Shown here: one piece after another, positions 1 to 8,882 of the stretch | Numbering within the stretch: position 1 is the stretch's first letter | Layout of the letters: every line of letters begins with the position of its first letter | Source: Pyrinomonadaceae bacterium | GTDB lineage: Bacteria > Acidobacteriota > Blastocatellia > Pyrinomonadales > Pyrinomonadaceae | Assembly (NCBI GenBank): GCA_963817025.1 | Contig: CAWFML010000001.1 | Coordinates: forward strand, 285,332 to 349,331 | Reading direction: 5' to 3' | DNA: 64,000 nucleotides | Position numbers and translations under genes: made by a program | Notes under the pieces: generated by a model | What the model was told of the DNA's origin: nothing | The model's input: the letters and a program-made list of their open reading frames with translations, nothing else | The model's database searches: none

Positions 1-1195
1 CGAGGTAGGGCAGAAATCTGGGAGTCACGCCGCCCTGAAAAAGTTTGTCCGCGCCGTCCGTGAAGGCCGAAGCATGACTCAGGCCAAGTGTCCGCATGAG
101 ATATTTCTTCACAAAGAGATGCAGGTTCTTCCAGCGATTCGGGACAGGGAGCGCGCTTTCCAGATACCAGAGAAACGGGTCTGGAAAGCCCAAATCTTCG
201 ATAAAAATTCTGTTCTTCTGTGTCGAGTAATCCAATCCGGCTGTGATGTCCGGGCCGGAACCCGGATCGACTTCGCGGTTGGCCTCGAAAGTTCCGGCGA
301 GCAGAAAATCGCCGTTGCCGGAAAACTTTTTGCCGAGCGCGGGACTGAGCCTCGTTAGCGTTCGATGCAGGTCGCGGCTGCGTAAAAGTATTTCGGTCGA
401 GCCGAGCGAGCCGGCAGAGATGATGACTTTGCGCCCTGTGACTGCGCCCAGCTCAAACTGCCCGCGCTTGATGGAATCGAAATGTTTGAAGTGGACGCGA
501 TAGCCGTTCTGCTCGACAGGCTCAAGCGGCTCTATCTTTTCGACCATGTGAAGCGGGTAAACTTCTGCTCCGTTCTGCTCCGCCAGCGGAATGTAGTTGA
601 GGTCTAAAGTGTTTTTGGCGTGGACGTGACAGCCGAGCATGCAGTTGCCGCAATAGACGCAGCCTTCCTGTCGTTGGCCCTGGCGATTGATCTTCTCCGG
701 GCCTGTGTAGACGCAGATGTCTACCAATTCCGCCTTGCGGCCCACGCCCTCTGCCGCAGCCATGAATGCCTGTGTGCGGTTCGGCATATCGAGGTCTACA
801 GGGGGCGTGAGCGGTTTGGCTTCGAGCACGTCTTTGGCGATGTCATAAAACGGATTGAGCACATCACGCTTGACGCCTGCGGGCCAGCGCGCGTCTTCAA
901 AGATTTCTTTGGGCGTTCTGATATGCACATTGAAATAGACGAGCGAGCCGCCGCCGACGCCGCTCGCCTGTATGACATCAATCTTATTGAAGGCGCGATA
1001 ATCCAGCAGGCCGTAGTCCGTATAGTTCCAGAAGGCGCGTGCGACCTGTCCCGTCGTTCTCGGAAAATCCTTGCGCCCCCAACGCTTTCCCCTTTCAAGA
1101 ATGCAGACAGAGCGGCCCGCCTGCGCCAGACGACACGCGTTAATCGCGCCGCCAAACCCCGAGCCGATGACAACCACGTCGTAGATTTCTTTCAT
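1..1195 (-). CDS. GMC-family FAD oxidoreductase (cholesterol/choline oxidase-like), partial: N-terminus in window, 3' end runs off the window start
   Basis: Reverse-strand translation from the ATG at 1195-1193 reads MKEIYDVVVIGSGFGGAINACRLAQAGRSVCILERGKRW... This has the GxGxxG FAD fold and is paralogous to the 8879-10669 product (MDNEHFDAVIIGSGFGGAVMAYRLAEAGLRVCLLERGKAY). The ORF track lacks it because it has no stop inside the window. Confidence 0.8.
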   Translation of the reverse strand, partial: MKEIYDVVVIGSGFGGAINACRLAQAGRSVCILERGKRWGRKDFPRTTGQVARAFWNYTDYGLLDYRAFNKIDVIQASGVGGGSLVYFNVHIRTPKEIFEDARWPAGVKRDVLNPFYDIAKDVLEAKPLTPPVDLDMPNRTQAFMAAAEGVGRKAELVDICVYTGPEKINRQGQRQEGCVYCGNCMLGCHVHAKNTLDLNYIPLAEQNGAEVYPLHMVEKIEPLEPVEQNGYRVHFKHFDSIKRGQFELGAVTGRKVIISAGSLGSTEILLRSRDLHRTLTRLSPALGKKFSGNGDFLLAGTFEANREVDPGSGPDITAGLDYSTQKNRIFIEDLGFPDPFLWYLESALPVPNRWKNLHLFVKKYLMRTLGLSHASAFTDGADKLFQGGVTPRFLPYL

Positions 1196-1265
1196 GCTAT
1201 GTGCCTCGACACTACTGGTGTGAAGTAAGAGGTCTATTCAGTCAGATGAAAGTAGAGCGGCGGTT

Positions 1266-1733
1266 TCAAGCTGCCGTCGCGCCGTATCTGTCTCTCATGA
1301 TTTTTTTGTAAGCCCAGATGAGAAACCAGCCGAAGACCAGATTGCCCGGAGGCGCGATAAACAGCCCGATGCGTCCAATGGTCGTCATGCTCTGGGCCAC
1401 ATACATATAAGTCCAGTCGGAGAACAGCTCAGTCAGGCGCACGCCCGCAATCAGGATCAGCCACCACGGTTCTTTCTCCCACTTAAAGACGGCGATAGCC
1501 TGCAAGAGCGTGAAGGCCACCCACACCGCGCCCGTGCGCTTGAGCAATCCCATCGCGTCAAGGTTGTCGTAATGCACGCCATGAAACGTCATAAACCATT
1601 TGTCTGGATAGAGCAGGCAGGTGGTGGAAAGGACTATGTCCAGAATGACCAGAAAGACGAGCAGGACATAGATAGAAGTTCTCAGTCGTGAGCTAATCAT
1701 CGCAAGAATCCTCCTGACGAAGGTGACGAACAA
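1266..1733 (-). CDS. small polytopic membrane protein (hypothetical), paired with the downstream di-heme cytochrome
   Basis: 155 aa with several hydrophobic helices and no recognisable catalytic motif. Same size, position and orientation as the 3245-3661 ORF, so a likely paralog. Confidence 0.55.
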   Translation of the reverse strand: MFVTFVRRILAMISSRLRTSIYVLLVFLVILDIVLSTTCLLYPDKWFMTFHGVHYDNLDAMGLLKRTGAVWVAFTLLQAIAVFKWEKEPWWLILIAGVRLTELFSDWTYMYVAQSMTTIGRIGLFIAPPGNLVFGWFLIWAYKKIMRDRYGATAA

Positions 1734-1779
1734 AAAGACTTGAACTGTAGCTCTCTTCTCAAAAGGGCTGAAAAGGCCG

Positions 1780-3210
1780 CTATAGTGTTTTCAGAAATTC
1801 GATCAGCGCCTTCTTTTCATCGGGCGCGAGATCAGTGCCCCACAAGTGTCCCTGATTGGAATTGCCCGGAAGGCTCGTGTCATAGAGAGAGCCTCGCGTT
1901 TGGGCTTCTTCTCCGGTGGAAATGAAACCGACTCTCTCCTGATCGTAAACATCATAGCCGCGCCAGAAGAGCTTTGGCCGTTTGTCCTCAGTCTCAAAGA
2001 GATCGAAGAGCGTCGGCACAGAGCCGTTGTGCAGGAAAGGAGCGCGCAGCCATAGACCGTCGAGCGGCACGGAGACATAGCCGTTGGTCTTGCGGAAATT
2101 TTTAAAGCCCCACGCATACTCCGGCTGGTAATTGTTGTAAGCCTTCGCGGCTGCGTCAGTCCACATGTCAACGCGGTGGCGGTCTGTGCCGACAGTCTCA
2201 ACCGCAATCACTTTGCCAGTGCTCTCGCCGCCCGGCGCATGACATGAGGCGCATTGGCGCGCAAAAGTTTCGCTGCCGCGCTTCGCCAGTTCCTGATCGA
2301 GGGCAAAGGGATATTTCGGCGGCTGTAGCTCTGTTATCCAATCCTGCATGCGCTTCAGGTTTTCGCGCTCGATATATTTGTGCGTCGAGCCGTCGCCGAT
2401 GGCCGAACTCAAAACCACTTCATCCACAGAAGTGTTCAGGCCGTCCCAGTGAAAAGACATTCCATTCTGCTGCCGCAGCTTCTGATTCCAGAGCGGAACC
2501 ATATCGGAATTGCCGATGGTGTTATCCATTGGCTGTTTGAGAATGCCGAACTTGATCGGATTGAAAGGGTCTATGCGGCCATGTCCCCAGTTGGGGCGCG
2601 AGTCCATCCACGCGAACTGCGCTTTCTGTTTGAGCAACGTCTTCTGCGTCTGCGGGATGAGCACGTAACGATAGAGCAGCCGCTCGACAGCCGAGAGCTT
2701 ATAGACGTTATCTATCTCGGCCATGATGTTGTCCGCGTTAAAGCGCGGGTCGCTGGCGCACGCATAGAGAAAGCGCACATAGCCCTGCGGGTCGAACTGG
2801 TGCGACGGGCCAGCGGGCACGATGGTCGGTTTATCTCCGGGCTTCATGCGATAGGTCGCCGTGTGACAGAAGGCGCAGTTAAGGGCCACGCGGTCAAAGC
2901 CGATGGTCTTTTTGGAAAAGCCCACGGGCAGCTCAACGCCTTCTTCCCAGACGAGGCCGAGCGAGGCATAGCCGCCGAGGCCCGGCAGCTTTTCGGGAAA
3001 CATGCGCGGCAGGACGAGCCAAATCCAGTACGGGATGCCGTCAGTGTTTTCGTTTCCGAGCGAGCCGTACTTGAAATTATTTTCCGCAGAGGCTTGATGC
3101 GTCTCGACCGTGCGGAACAGGTAGTACCAAGCCATCAAGCCGACGACGCCTGCGAGCAAGACCACGACGACCAACAGCTTTAGAAGAAATCTGCGCGTTG
3201 CTCTTCTCAT
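1780..3210 (-). CDS. membrane-anchored di-heme c-type cytochrome, cytochrome c peroxidase/MauG-like (quinol-peroxidase-like)
   Basis: 476 aa with an N-terminal TM helix and two CXXCH motifs (CAFCH, CASCH). It has the C-terminal motif RAPFLHNGSVPTLFDLF, which resembles the conserved APYFHNGSVxTLEE of bacterial di-heme CCP/MauG. It is a strong paralog of 3697-5163. Confidence 0.65.
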   Translation of the reverse strand: MRRATRRFLLKLLVVVVLLAGVVGLMAWYYLFRTVETHQASAENNFKYGSLGNENTDGIPYWIWLVLPRMFPEKLPGLGGYASLGLVWEEGVELPVGFSKKTIGFDRVALNCAFCHTATYRMKPGDKPTIVPAGPSHQFDPQGYVRFLYACASDPRFNADNIMAEIDNVYKLSAVERLLYRYVLIPQTQKTLLKQKAQFAWMDSRPNWGHGRIDPFNPIKFGILKQPMDNTIGNSDMVPLWNQKLRQQNGMSFHWDGLNTSVDEVVLSSAIGDGSTHKYIERENLKRMQDWITELQPPKYPFALDQELAKRGSETFARQCASCHAPGGESTGKVIAVETVGTDRHRVDMWTDAAAKAYNNYQPEYAWGFKNFRKTNGYVSVPLDGLWLRAPFLHNGSVPTLFDLFETEDKRPKLFWRGYDVYDQERVGFISTGEEAQTRGSLYDTSLPGNSNQGHLWGTDLAPDEKKALIEFLKTL

Positions 3211-3244
3211 AAACTTTGAAACCTACCTTTCGGCTTCTCAAACC

Positions 3245-3661
3245 CTAGCTCCACTTTTCGGTCTTAAAGGCAAGGTACAAAAGAATCGCTTCCGGGATGG
3301 CGAATGCGAGGTCAACGATGCCGAAGGGCATGATGTACGTTCGCGGGAAACCGAAAAAGAGGTAAGCCGACCAGAAAAAGATTGTGCCCGCCAGACGCGA
3401 GAAGATCGCCAGATAAGCGTTCGCGCGGTAGTGATACGGATTCATCGCCGCAGGGATATAAAAGAGCGTGAGCTGGCCCAGCAGGAAGACCGAGCAACGT
3501 ACCCAGATGGGCGTGTTGGTCGGGTCCAGATTGAGAAAGGCCAGCACGCGATGCGGCACAATCATCGTCGGGAGGATGAACATGAAATTAGCGATGATGC
3601 CCAGCCACACTACGCGGCCAAACCAGATCGCATACTTGTTCGTCGGTCGCTCAATCTTCAT
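3245..3661 (-). CDS. small polytopic membrane protein (hypothetical), paralog of 1266-1733
   Basis: 138 aa and hydrophobic. It occupies the same slot upstream of a di-heme cytochrome paralog. Confidence 0.55.
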   Translation of the reverse strand: MKIERPTNKYAIWFGRVVWLGIIANFMFILPTMIVPHRVLAFLNLDPTNTPIWVRCSVFLLGQLTLFYIPAAMNPYHYRANAYLAIFSRLAGTIFFWSAYLFFGFPRTYIMPFGIVDLAFAIPEAILLYLAFKTEKWS

Positions 3662-3696
3662 CGGTCGTGTCTCCTCGAAAAGTCGGGAATCACCCT

Positions 3697-5163
3697 TTAG
3701 AGCTTCTTGATATATTCGACCAGCGCGTCCTTTTCTTCCGGCGTCAGCTTTGTGCCGTAGAGATGGCCCGTGTTGCTGTTTCCCTGCAACGCCGTATCGA
3801 ACTTGAAGAACCTGTGGCCGTTTTCTTCCGCGACGTTTGTCACAAAGCCGAGCTTGATCTGATCGAAAACGTCATAGCCGCGATAAAATTCTTTGGGACG
3901 GTTCTCAGGAGGCTCAAGCAAATCTCTCAGGGTCGGCACAGAGCCGTTATGCAGAAACGGAGCGCGCAGCCACACGCCGTCAAGCGGCATGTTGGCGTAG
4001 CCGTTCGTCTTCCTAAAATGTGAGAAACGCCACTCGTAACCCGCATACAGCGTGTTCTGATTCTCAAGCAATTCATACGTGTATGAATCAAGACGATGGC
4101 GGTCTGTTTGAATCTCTTCAATCGGCGTCACCTTGCCGACCTGCGCGCCGTCAAAGGCATGACAGCCCGCGCAGTTCTGTTGCCAGACCGTTTGTCCCTT
4201 TGCCGCCAACGCTTCATTGACCGGATACGGGTAAGGCGGCGCGGGCAAATCCCAGAGCCATGTTTCGATACGTTTCAAGCGATCAAGGTCAATCGTCGTC
4301 GGCGTCACGCCCGCGCCTAAGGAGGCGGATTTGTTGCGCTCGACCACGGAAGTGTTGTTGCCGTCCCAGTGAAGCTGCATCCCTTCGCGCGGTCTCTGAT
4401 GCCAGATGACCGGCAGGTCAACCGTGCCGATGGTGTGGTCTTTCTCCATCGGAAAATTGAATTGCAGAGCTTTGTATGGATTAAAAGTGTCCACGCGGCC
4501 CGGCCCCCAATCGGGGCGCACATTCATAAAAGAAGTGCGCCGCGCCTGTTCCGTCAAAACCTCGCGCGTGCGCCAGACGGCCTCTCGATACATCAGCTTT
4601 TCAATCGGGTTGAGGCTGGTGCGCTGCGCTATGGCCTGCATCACATTGTCCACTGTGAAGCGCGGGTCTTGCGCCGCTCCATAAAGAAAACGCGCGTAGC
4701 CCTGTAAATCGAAATTGTTGGCGGGCATGCCGAGGATGATGCGCGGCTTGCTCTGCGCGGTGTCGCGCACGGTTCCCGTATGACAGAGCGCGCAGTTCAT
4801 CCCGACGCGGTCAACCAGCACGCGCCGGATTGAAAAGCCTATCGGCGTATCCTTGCCCGGCTCTTCCAACAAGCCGAAACCGGCATAGCCTTTTCCGGCG
4901 ACAGGCAACTTGTCTGGAAACATGTCCGGCATCACTTTCCAAATCCAGTAGGGAATGCCGTTGGCCGGTTCGCTGCCGATAGAGCCGTACTTGAAATGCT
5001 CGTTGATGTCAGGGTAGTCAACCGCCGCGCTCCCGACCGGAATAAGCTTCCAGAAGAGATAGGTGACGATCATCGCCAGCACGAAGAGGACGATGAGCGT
5101 CCATTTGCCGAATCTCTTGCGTTCGGCAAGCTCGACGGGTGTTAGTGGGTCTTGATCTTTCAT
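3697..5163 (-). CDS. membrane-anchored di-heme c-type cytochrome, CCP/MauG-like, paralog of 1780-3210
   Basis: 488 aa with an N-terminal TM helix, CALCH and CAGCH motifs, and RAPFLHNGSVPTLRDLL. A GGAGG ribosome-binding site precedes the ATG. The N-terminal region HFKYGSIGSEPANGIPYWIWKVMPDMFPDKLP aligns with NFKYGSLGNENTDGIPYWIWLVLPRMFPEKLP in the paralog. Confidence 0.65.
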   Translation of the reverse strand: MKDQDPLTPVELAERKRFGKWTLIVLFVLAMIVTYLFWKLIPVGSAAVDYPDINEHFKYGSIGSEPANGIPYWIWKVMPDMFPDKLPVAGKGYAGFGLLEEPGKDTPIGFSIRRVLVDRVGMNCALCHTGTVRDTAQSKPRIILGMPANNFDLQGYARFLYGAAQDPRFTVDNVMQAIAQRTSLNPIEKLMYREAVWRTREVLTEQARRTSFMNVRPDWGPGRVDTFNPYKALQFNFPMEKDHTIGTVDLPVIWHQRPREGMQLHWDGNNTSVVERNKSASLGAGVTPTTIDLDRLKRIETWLWDLPAPPYPYPVNEALAAKGQTVWQQNCAGCHAFDGAQVGKVTPIEEIQTDRHRLDSYTYELLENQNTLYAGYEWRFSHFRKTNGYANMPLDGVWLRAPFLHNGSVPTLRDLLEPPENRPKEFYRGYDVFDQIKLGFVTNVAEENGHRFFKFDTALQGNSNTGHLYGTKLTPEEKDALVEYIKKL

Positions 5164-5204
5164 AAAGGAGAAGCCTCCCTGTAGATAAGCTTTCCGGCCT
5201 GCCT

Positions 5205-5339
5205 GTCAGAACCGCGAGCGAGAGCAAGGATGAAGGATGAAGGCGGAAGGATGAAAGGCAGGCCGTTCAAACATGAACCACTCAACTTTAAATAGCATGC
5301 TCTTCATCCTTCATCCTTGCTCTCGCTCGCGGTTCTGAC
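5205..5339. repeat. palindromic intergenic repeat, GGATGAAGG family (copy 1)
   Basis: Inverted arms gtcagaaccgcgagcgagagcaaggatgaaggatgaagg and ccttcatccttcatccttgctctcgctcgcggttctgac. A second copy lies at 58629-58743. Confidence 0.8.
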
Positions 5340-6667
5340 TTAGTGATAAGCGGGCGTGCCTTCAAAGACGGTCATGATCTCCTTAATCATCCGGTCATAG
5401 TCGCCGTCATAACGCGACAGCTCGTAACAGCCGAGCGGGTCAGAAATCGCGTGTACCAGACACTTGTTGCAATAGGTGCAGGGTTTATCAGGCAAGTCTT
5501 TGCCGGAAGCGTAGATGTGTGCCAGGTCGTTATTCGCCACCAGCGGGCGCGCGATGGCGACGCCGTCACAGTAGCCCTCTTTAATCACCTTGCGTATATA
5601 CGAGGCCGTCTGAAAACCGCCTGTGCAAAGCACAGGGACTTTGACGTGCTTCTTGATCTCGCGCGCATCGCCGACGCTGATGCCTTCGATGATGTCCGGC
5701 TTGGTGCGGTTCCAGAGGAAATTAAAGAAGGGACGGAGCAGCCTGTAGCGAAACAACAGGAAATTGCGAAAGCCGTACACGCCGCTCGGAATCATGCCGC
5801 CGTAGGTGCGCGCGGCGTGCTCAAGCGGAAACGGGCCGGGCGGGTTCAAGGGATGCGGAAAAGTGCTGCCGCTCGAAACATGTATGGCATCGGCTCCGGC
5901 CTCTTCGACCATTTTGGCAATCGGAATCGTGTCGTCCAGCGTGTTGCCCTTCTTCTCCCAGAAGGCGAGCGCGTTGTTGTGATCCACTGCGCTGAGCTTG
6001 ACCTGAAAGTGGAAATCATCGCCGACCGCGCTTCTGACCGCGCGCATGATTTCGAGCAGGAAGCGCGCACGATTTTCCAGCGAGCCGCCGTATTCGTCTT
6101 TGCGGTTGTTGATGCCCGAGCTTAAGAATTGATTTATCAGATAGCCGTTGCAGGCGTGTAGTTCTACGCCATCCAATCCGGCAGCTTGTGCGCGGCGCGC
6201 GGCGTCGCCAAACTGCCCGACGACCATCTTGATTTCATCGCGCGTCATCGCCTGACACAAGAGGCCGTGAAAAGAGTCTGTCGTGTCGGTCGAGCTTAAG
6301 GCTCTGTTGAAAGAGTTCTCGACGCCGCCGACATCTCGCTGGCGGCCTCCGTGGCTGAGTTGCATGATGTACTTGCAACCGTACTCATGCACCTTCTCTC
6401 CAACCCTGCGCCAGAAAGGAATCTTGTCGTCGTGGTCTATGAAGGCGTAGTTCGGCAGGATACGCCCGCGCGCACTGATGGGCACATGCGAAGAGATAAT
6501 CGCGCCGACGCCGCCGCGCGCAAATTTCTCTTCCCAGTTGATGCGCGCCTGCGTGCCGATGCCGTTGTAGTAATCGAACCTGCCGGAGATATTCGAGCGG
6601 AAGATACGATTTTTCACCGTGAGGTTGCGAAACTGTAAAGGCTCGAAAATGACATCCTGCTCTGCCA
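5340..6667 (-). CDS. Old Yellow Enzyme family NAD(P)H:flavin oxidoreductase (2,4-dienoyl-CoA reductase-like FMN domain)
   Basis: TIM-barrel OYE hallmarks (e.g. HACNGYLINQFLSSGINNRKDEYGGSLENRARFLLEIMRAVRSAVGDDF). The likely true start is MAEQDV at 6667, preceded by a GGAGGA ribosome-binding site; the longer ORF-track start at 6824 runs into a repeat element. Confidence 0.8.
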
Positions 6668-6727
6668 TGACTCCGTTCCTCCTACTCGTCTGAAAATTTC
6701 CGCCTGCGGGCCAAACAAGAGCGTTGA

Positions 6728-6832
6728 ACCAGATGTTCTTTGCGGCGCTTTGCGTCTGTTCTTCTTTGCGGTTAAGAGTTTTTTTTAACGCAAAGGGCGC
6801 GAAGTATTTTCGCAAAGAGCGCAAAGATTATT
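6728..6832. repeat. palindromic repeat, GCGCAAAG family (degenerate copy)
   Basis: ctttgcggcgctttgcgtctg...cgcaaagggcgcgaag...cgcaaagagcgcaaag, imperfect inverted CTTTGCG/CGCAAAG units. Confidence 0.6.
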
Positions 6833-6878
6833 TTCTGTCGTGACTGCTTCCATCTCCATTATGTGAGTCGCCTGCGCT

Positions 6879-7775
6879 CTAGTGACGCTCCGCCTTCAAC
6901 TGCGCGTCCACAGCCGCGCGGTCTGGCGGCGTGAGCCAGACTTCGCCGAGGCCGAGGTTGACGACGCTCTCCAAGCCTTCGGGCGCGTGTTGCGGGGCCT
7001 GTTCGTAAGTGACGAACCAGCTCTCGCAGTAATCGTCGAGCGTGCCGTTGGTGCTTGGGAGAAATGCTGTAAAGACAGGGTCTTTGCTGATCTCAAGCTC
7101 TTTCAAGGGCTGCATCAAAGGGTGGCCGCCAAGAGTCAGTGTGGCCGCGCCTTTTTTGAATAAAGAGAACCCCACCTTGCTTTTGAAATAAATGCGCGAG
7201 CGCATCAGCATCCCGCGAAACTCGCAATAGTTAATCGCGCCGATGTTGAGCGGCATCCATGCTTTGCTTGGTCGCTCGATGTCAATCCGCATGGCAAACT
7301 GCCCGTCCTTGTCATACTGGCTGCTGACGATTTTGTCTGTGATGACGAAATCCAAGTTGGCCTGATGCTTGGGCATGCCCCAGATGCCTTTGCCGCCTTT
7401 GACGGAAATCTCCGTGCTGACGGGCAGGTCTATGACGTACTGGCCCAGACCGTAGTGCGTCCAGAAGAGCGCGGGAACGAAACGCGGCGCAGCCTTGCGC
7501 CCGTGCGTGCAGGCGATGGCGATGCTGAACTCTATGTATTTGCCGATGACCGTGTTGACGTAGTTGATGACGGTGATGACGAGCAAGCCTTCGTTCCACA
7601 GGCGATAGGGATAGACCTCGTTGCCCGGCATCAATTTTTTGGCTTTGTCTGCATTGATCTTAAAGACAGCGAAGAGCGCAGGCGTCTCGTGACACGCAAT
7701 CGGCAGGTGATACGGGATGTGATCCACCAGCGAATAACGGCCCGACTGTCTCTTTAAACGTCCAGGCATTCCCAT
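6879..7775 (-). CDS. hypothetical protein (possibly acetoacetate-decarboxylase-like fold; unverified)
   Basis: 298-aa ORF in operon context with good coding potential. I recognise no unambiguous motif. Confidence 0.45.
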   Translation of the reverse strand: MGMPGRLKRQSGRYSLVDHIPYHLPIACHETPALFAVFKINADKAKKLMPGNEVYPYRLWNEGLLVITVINYVNTVIGKYIEFSIAIACTHGRKAAPRFVPALFWTHYGLGQYVIDLPVSTEISVKGGKGIWGMPKHQANLDFVITDKIVSSQYDKDGQFAMRIDIERPSKAWMPLNIGAINYCEFRGMLMRSRIYFKSKVGFSLFKKGAATLTLGGHPLMQPLKELEISKDPVFTAFLPSTNGTLDDYCESWFVTYEQAPQHAPEGLESVVNLGLGEVWLTPPDRAAVDAQLKAERH

Positions 7776-7787
7776 AAGAAATTTCCT

Positions 7788-8882
7788 TTAGTTGTCTTTA
7801 TCCAGTTCCGCCACCAGTCGCGGGAAGGTGTCTTGAGCCGCGTTGCGGCCCATAAAAACATCCAGATGGCCGTAGGTCTCAAAGACATGATGCGAGTGAT
7901 AATTCTTGCGCTGTTTGTCGAAATACTCGAAAGTCCTCGCCTGACTTTCCGGCAGAAAGCAGAGATTCTTTGCGCCCGCGAAAAAAGCAAAGCGCGCATC
8001 CGTCTGCGGCGGCTGGGCCGTAAAATCCGCTGGCAGTTCTTTCTTGCCCTCGACGGAAATCAAGTTGCCCTTGCTGACACAACGCGCCATCTGCTTAAAG
8101 AATGTGATGGGAACTTTGGCAAACTCGTGCTTGAGCCATTCGTGCGTCTCGTCGTTCAGATTCTCGTGTCGCCACAAGGCCGGAAAGCCGCTCCCGTAAG
8201 TAAAACTCACCTGCTTGCAGACGGCGTTATCGCACTCGTGATGCGTCAGCTTGACGAGCAGGGAAATCATCTTGGCCGCGAAGGTCGGAGCGTTCAAGCC
8301 CCATTGCGGGTCGAGATAATCCGTCATCAGGCCAATCATCGGGACGGCGAGTTTGAGCTTTGTCGCAGACAGGCCGGGGACGACCGTGTGCAGAGAGACT
8401 GCGTTGGTGACGATGGTCTTGACCTGCGGCACGAGGCCCGCCATCGCAGACATCATAAAGCTGGTCGAACCCTGGCAATGAATGACAGCTTTAACTTCAT
8501 CCGCGCCGGTCTCTTTGACAATCGTCCTGATTGCTTCGGGATGGTCATAGATGGCTGCCTGATCCAGCGTCCAGTGGTTCGGCTTGAGATCAATGCTCGC
8601 GCGCCAGTTTTCCATCCACACGTCATAGCCGTGCTCGATCAGGTAATCAACAAAAGTGGTTTCAACCGGAGCGCGGAACAGGTTGGCGCGCACGCCCGCG
8701 CCGTGCACGAGCATCACAGGGCCTCTGGTCGGAGGCTTTTCTCCCTGCACATGTATCAGGTTGCACTGGAATCCGTCACCGGCTGTGAACGGAACTGTGC
8801 GCTCCGTGTAATTCCTCTTGCCCTGTAGGTCTTGAGATACTGCTTGTGACATTACTTCTCCTTGCAAAACTTCTCTTCTCAT
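7788..8882 (-). CDS. alpha/beta-fold hydrolase (esterase/lipase-like)
   Basis: HGAGVRANLF oxyanion-hole region and an HCQGS (GxSxG-type) nucleophile elbow. Its start overlaps the upstream gene's stop (ATGA), implying translational coupling. Confidence 0.7.
   Translation of the reverse strand: MRREVLQGEVMSQAVSQDLQGKRNYTERTVPFTAGDGFQCNLIHVQGEKPPTRGPVMLVHGAGVRANLFRAPVETTFVDYLIEHGYDVWMENWRASIDLKPNHWTLDQAAIYDHPEAIRTIVKETGADEVKAVIHCQGSTSFMMSAMAGLVPQVKTIVTNAVSLHTVVPGLSATKLKLAVPMIGLMTDYLDPQWGLNAPTFAAKMISLLVKLTHHECDNAVCKQVSFTYGSGFPALWRHENLNDETHEWLKHEFAKVPITFFKQMARCVSKGNLISVEGKKELPADFTAQPPQTDARFAFFAGAKNLCFLPESQARTFEYFDKQRKNYHSHHVFETYGHLDVFMGRNAAQDTFPRLVAELDKDN

Noticed and set aside
620-1228. Plus-strand ORF 620-1228 (202 aa) and other long ORFs antisense to real genes (2380-3183, 5343-6125, 7833-8828, 9710-10330, 16896-17738, 18765-19535, 20690-21319, 24046-24891, 29239-30111, 58661-59551, 60425-61402, 63258-63953)
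   Set aside because: Each lies antisense to a gene with clear family-level homology and motifs (GMC oxidoreductase, cytochrome, OYE, hydrolase, ClpB, GrpE, GroEL, CBS, Rph, MalQ, PBP1A). Their translations are Arg/Ala/Pro-rich and low-complexity, as expected for antisense frames of GC-rich genes.
6879-7775. Assigning the 298-aa protein as acetoacetate decarboxylase
   Set aside because: This rests only on a vague resemblance in size and composition. I see no diagnostic catalytic motif, so it is kept as hypothetical.
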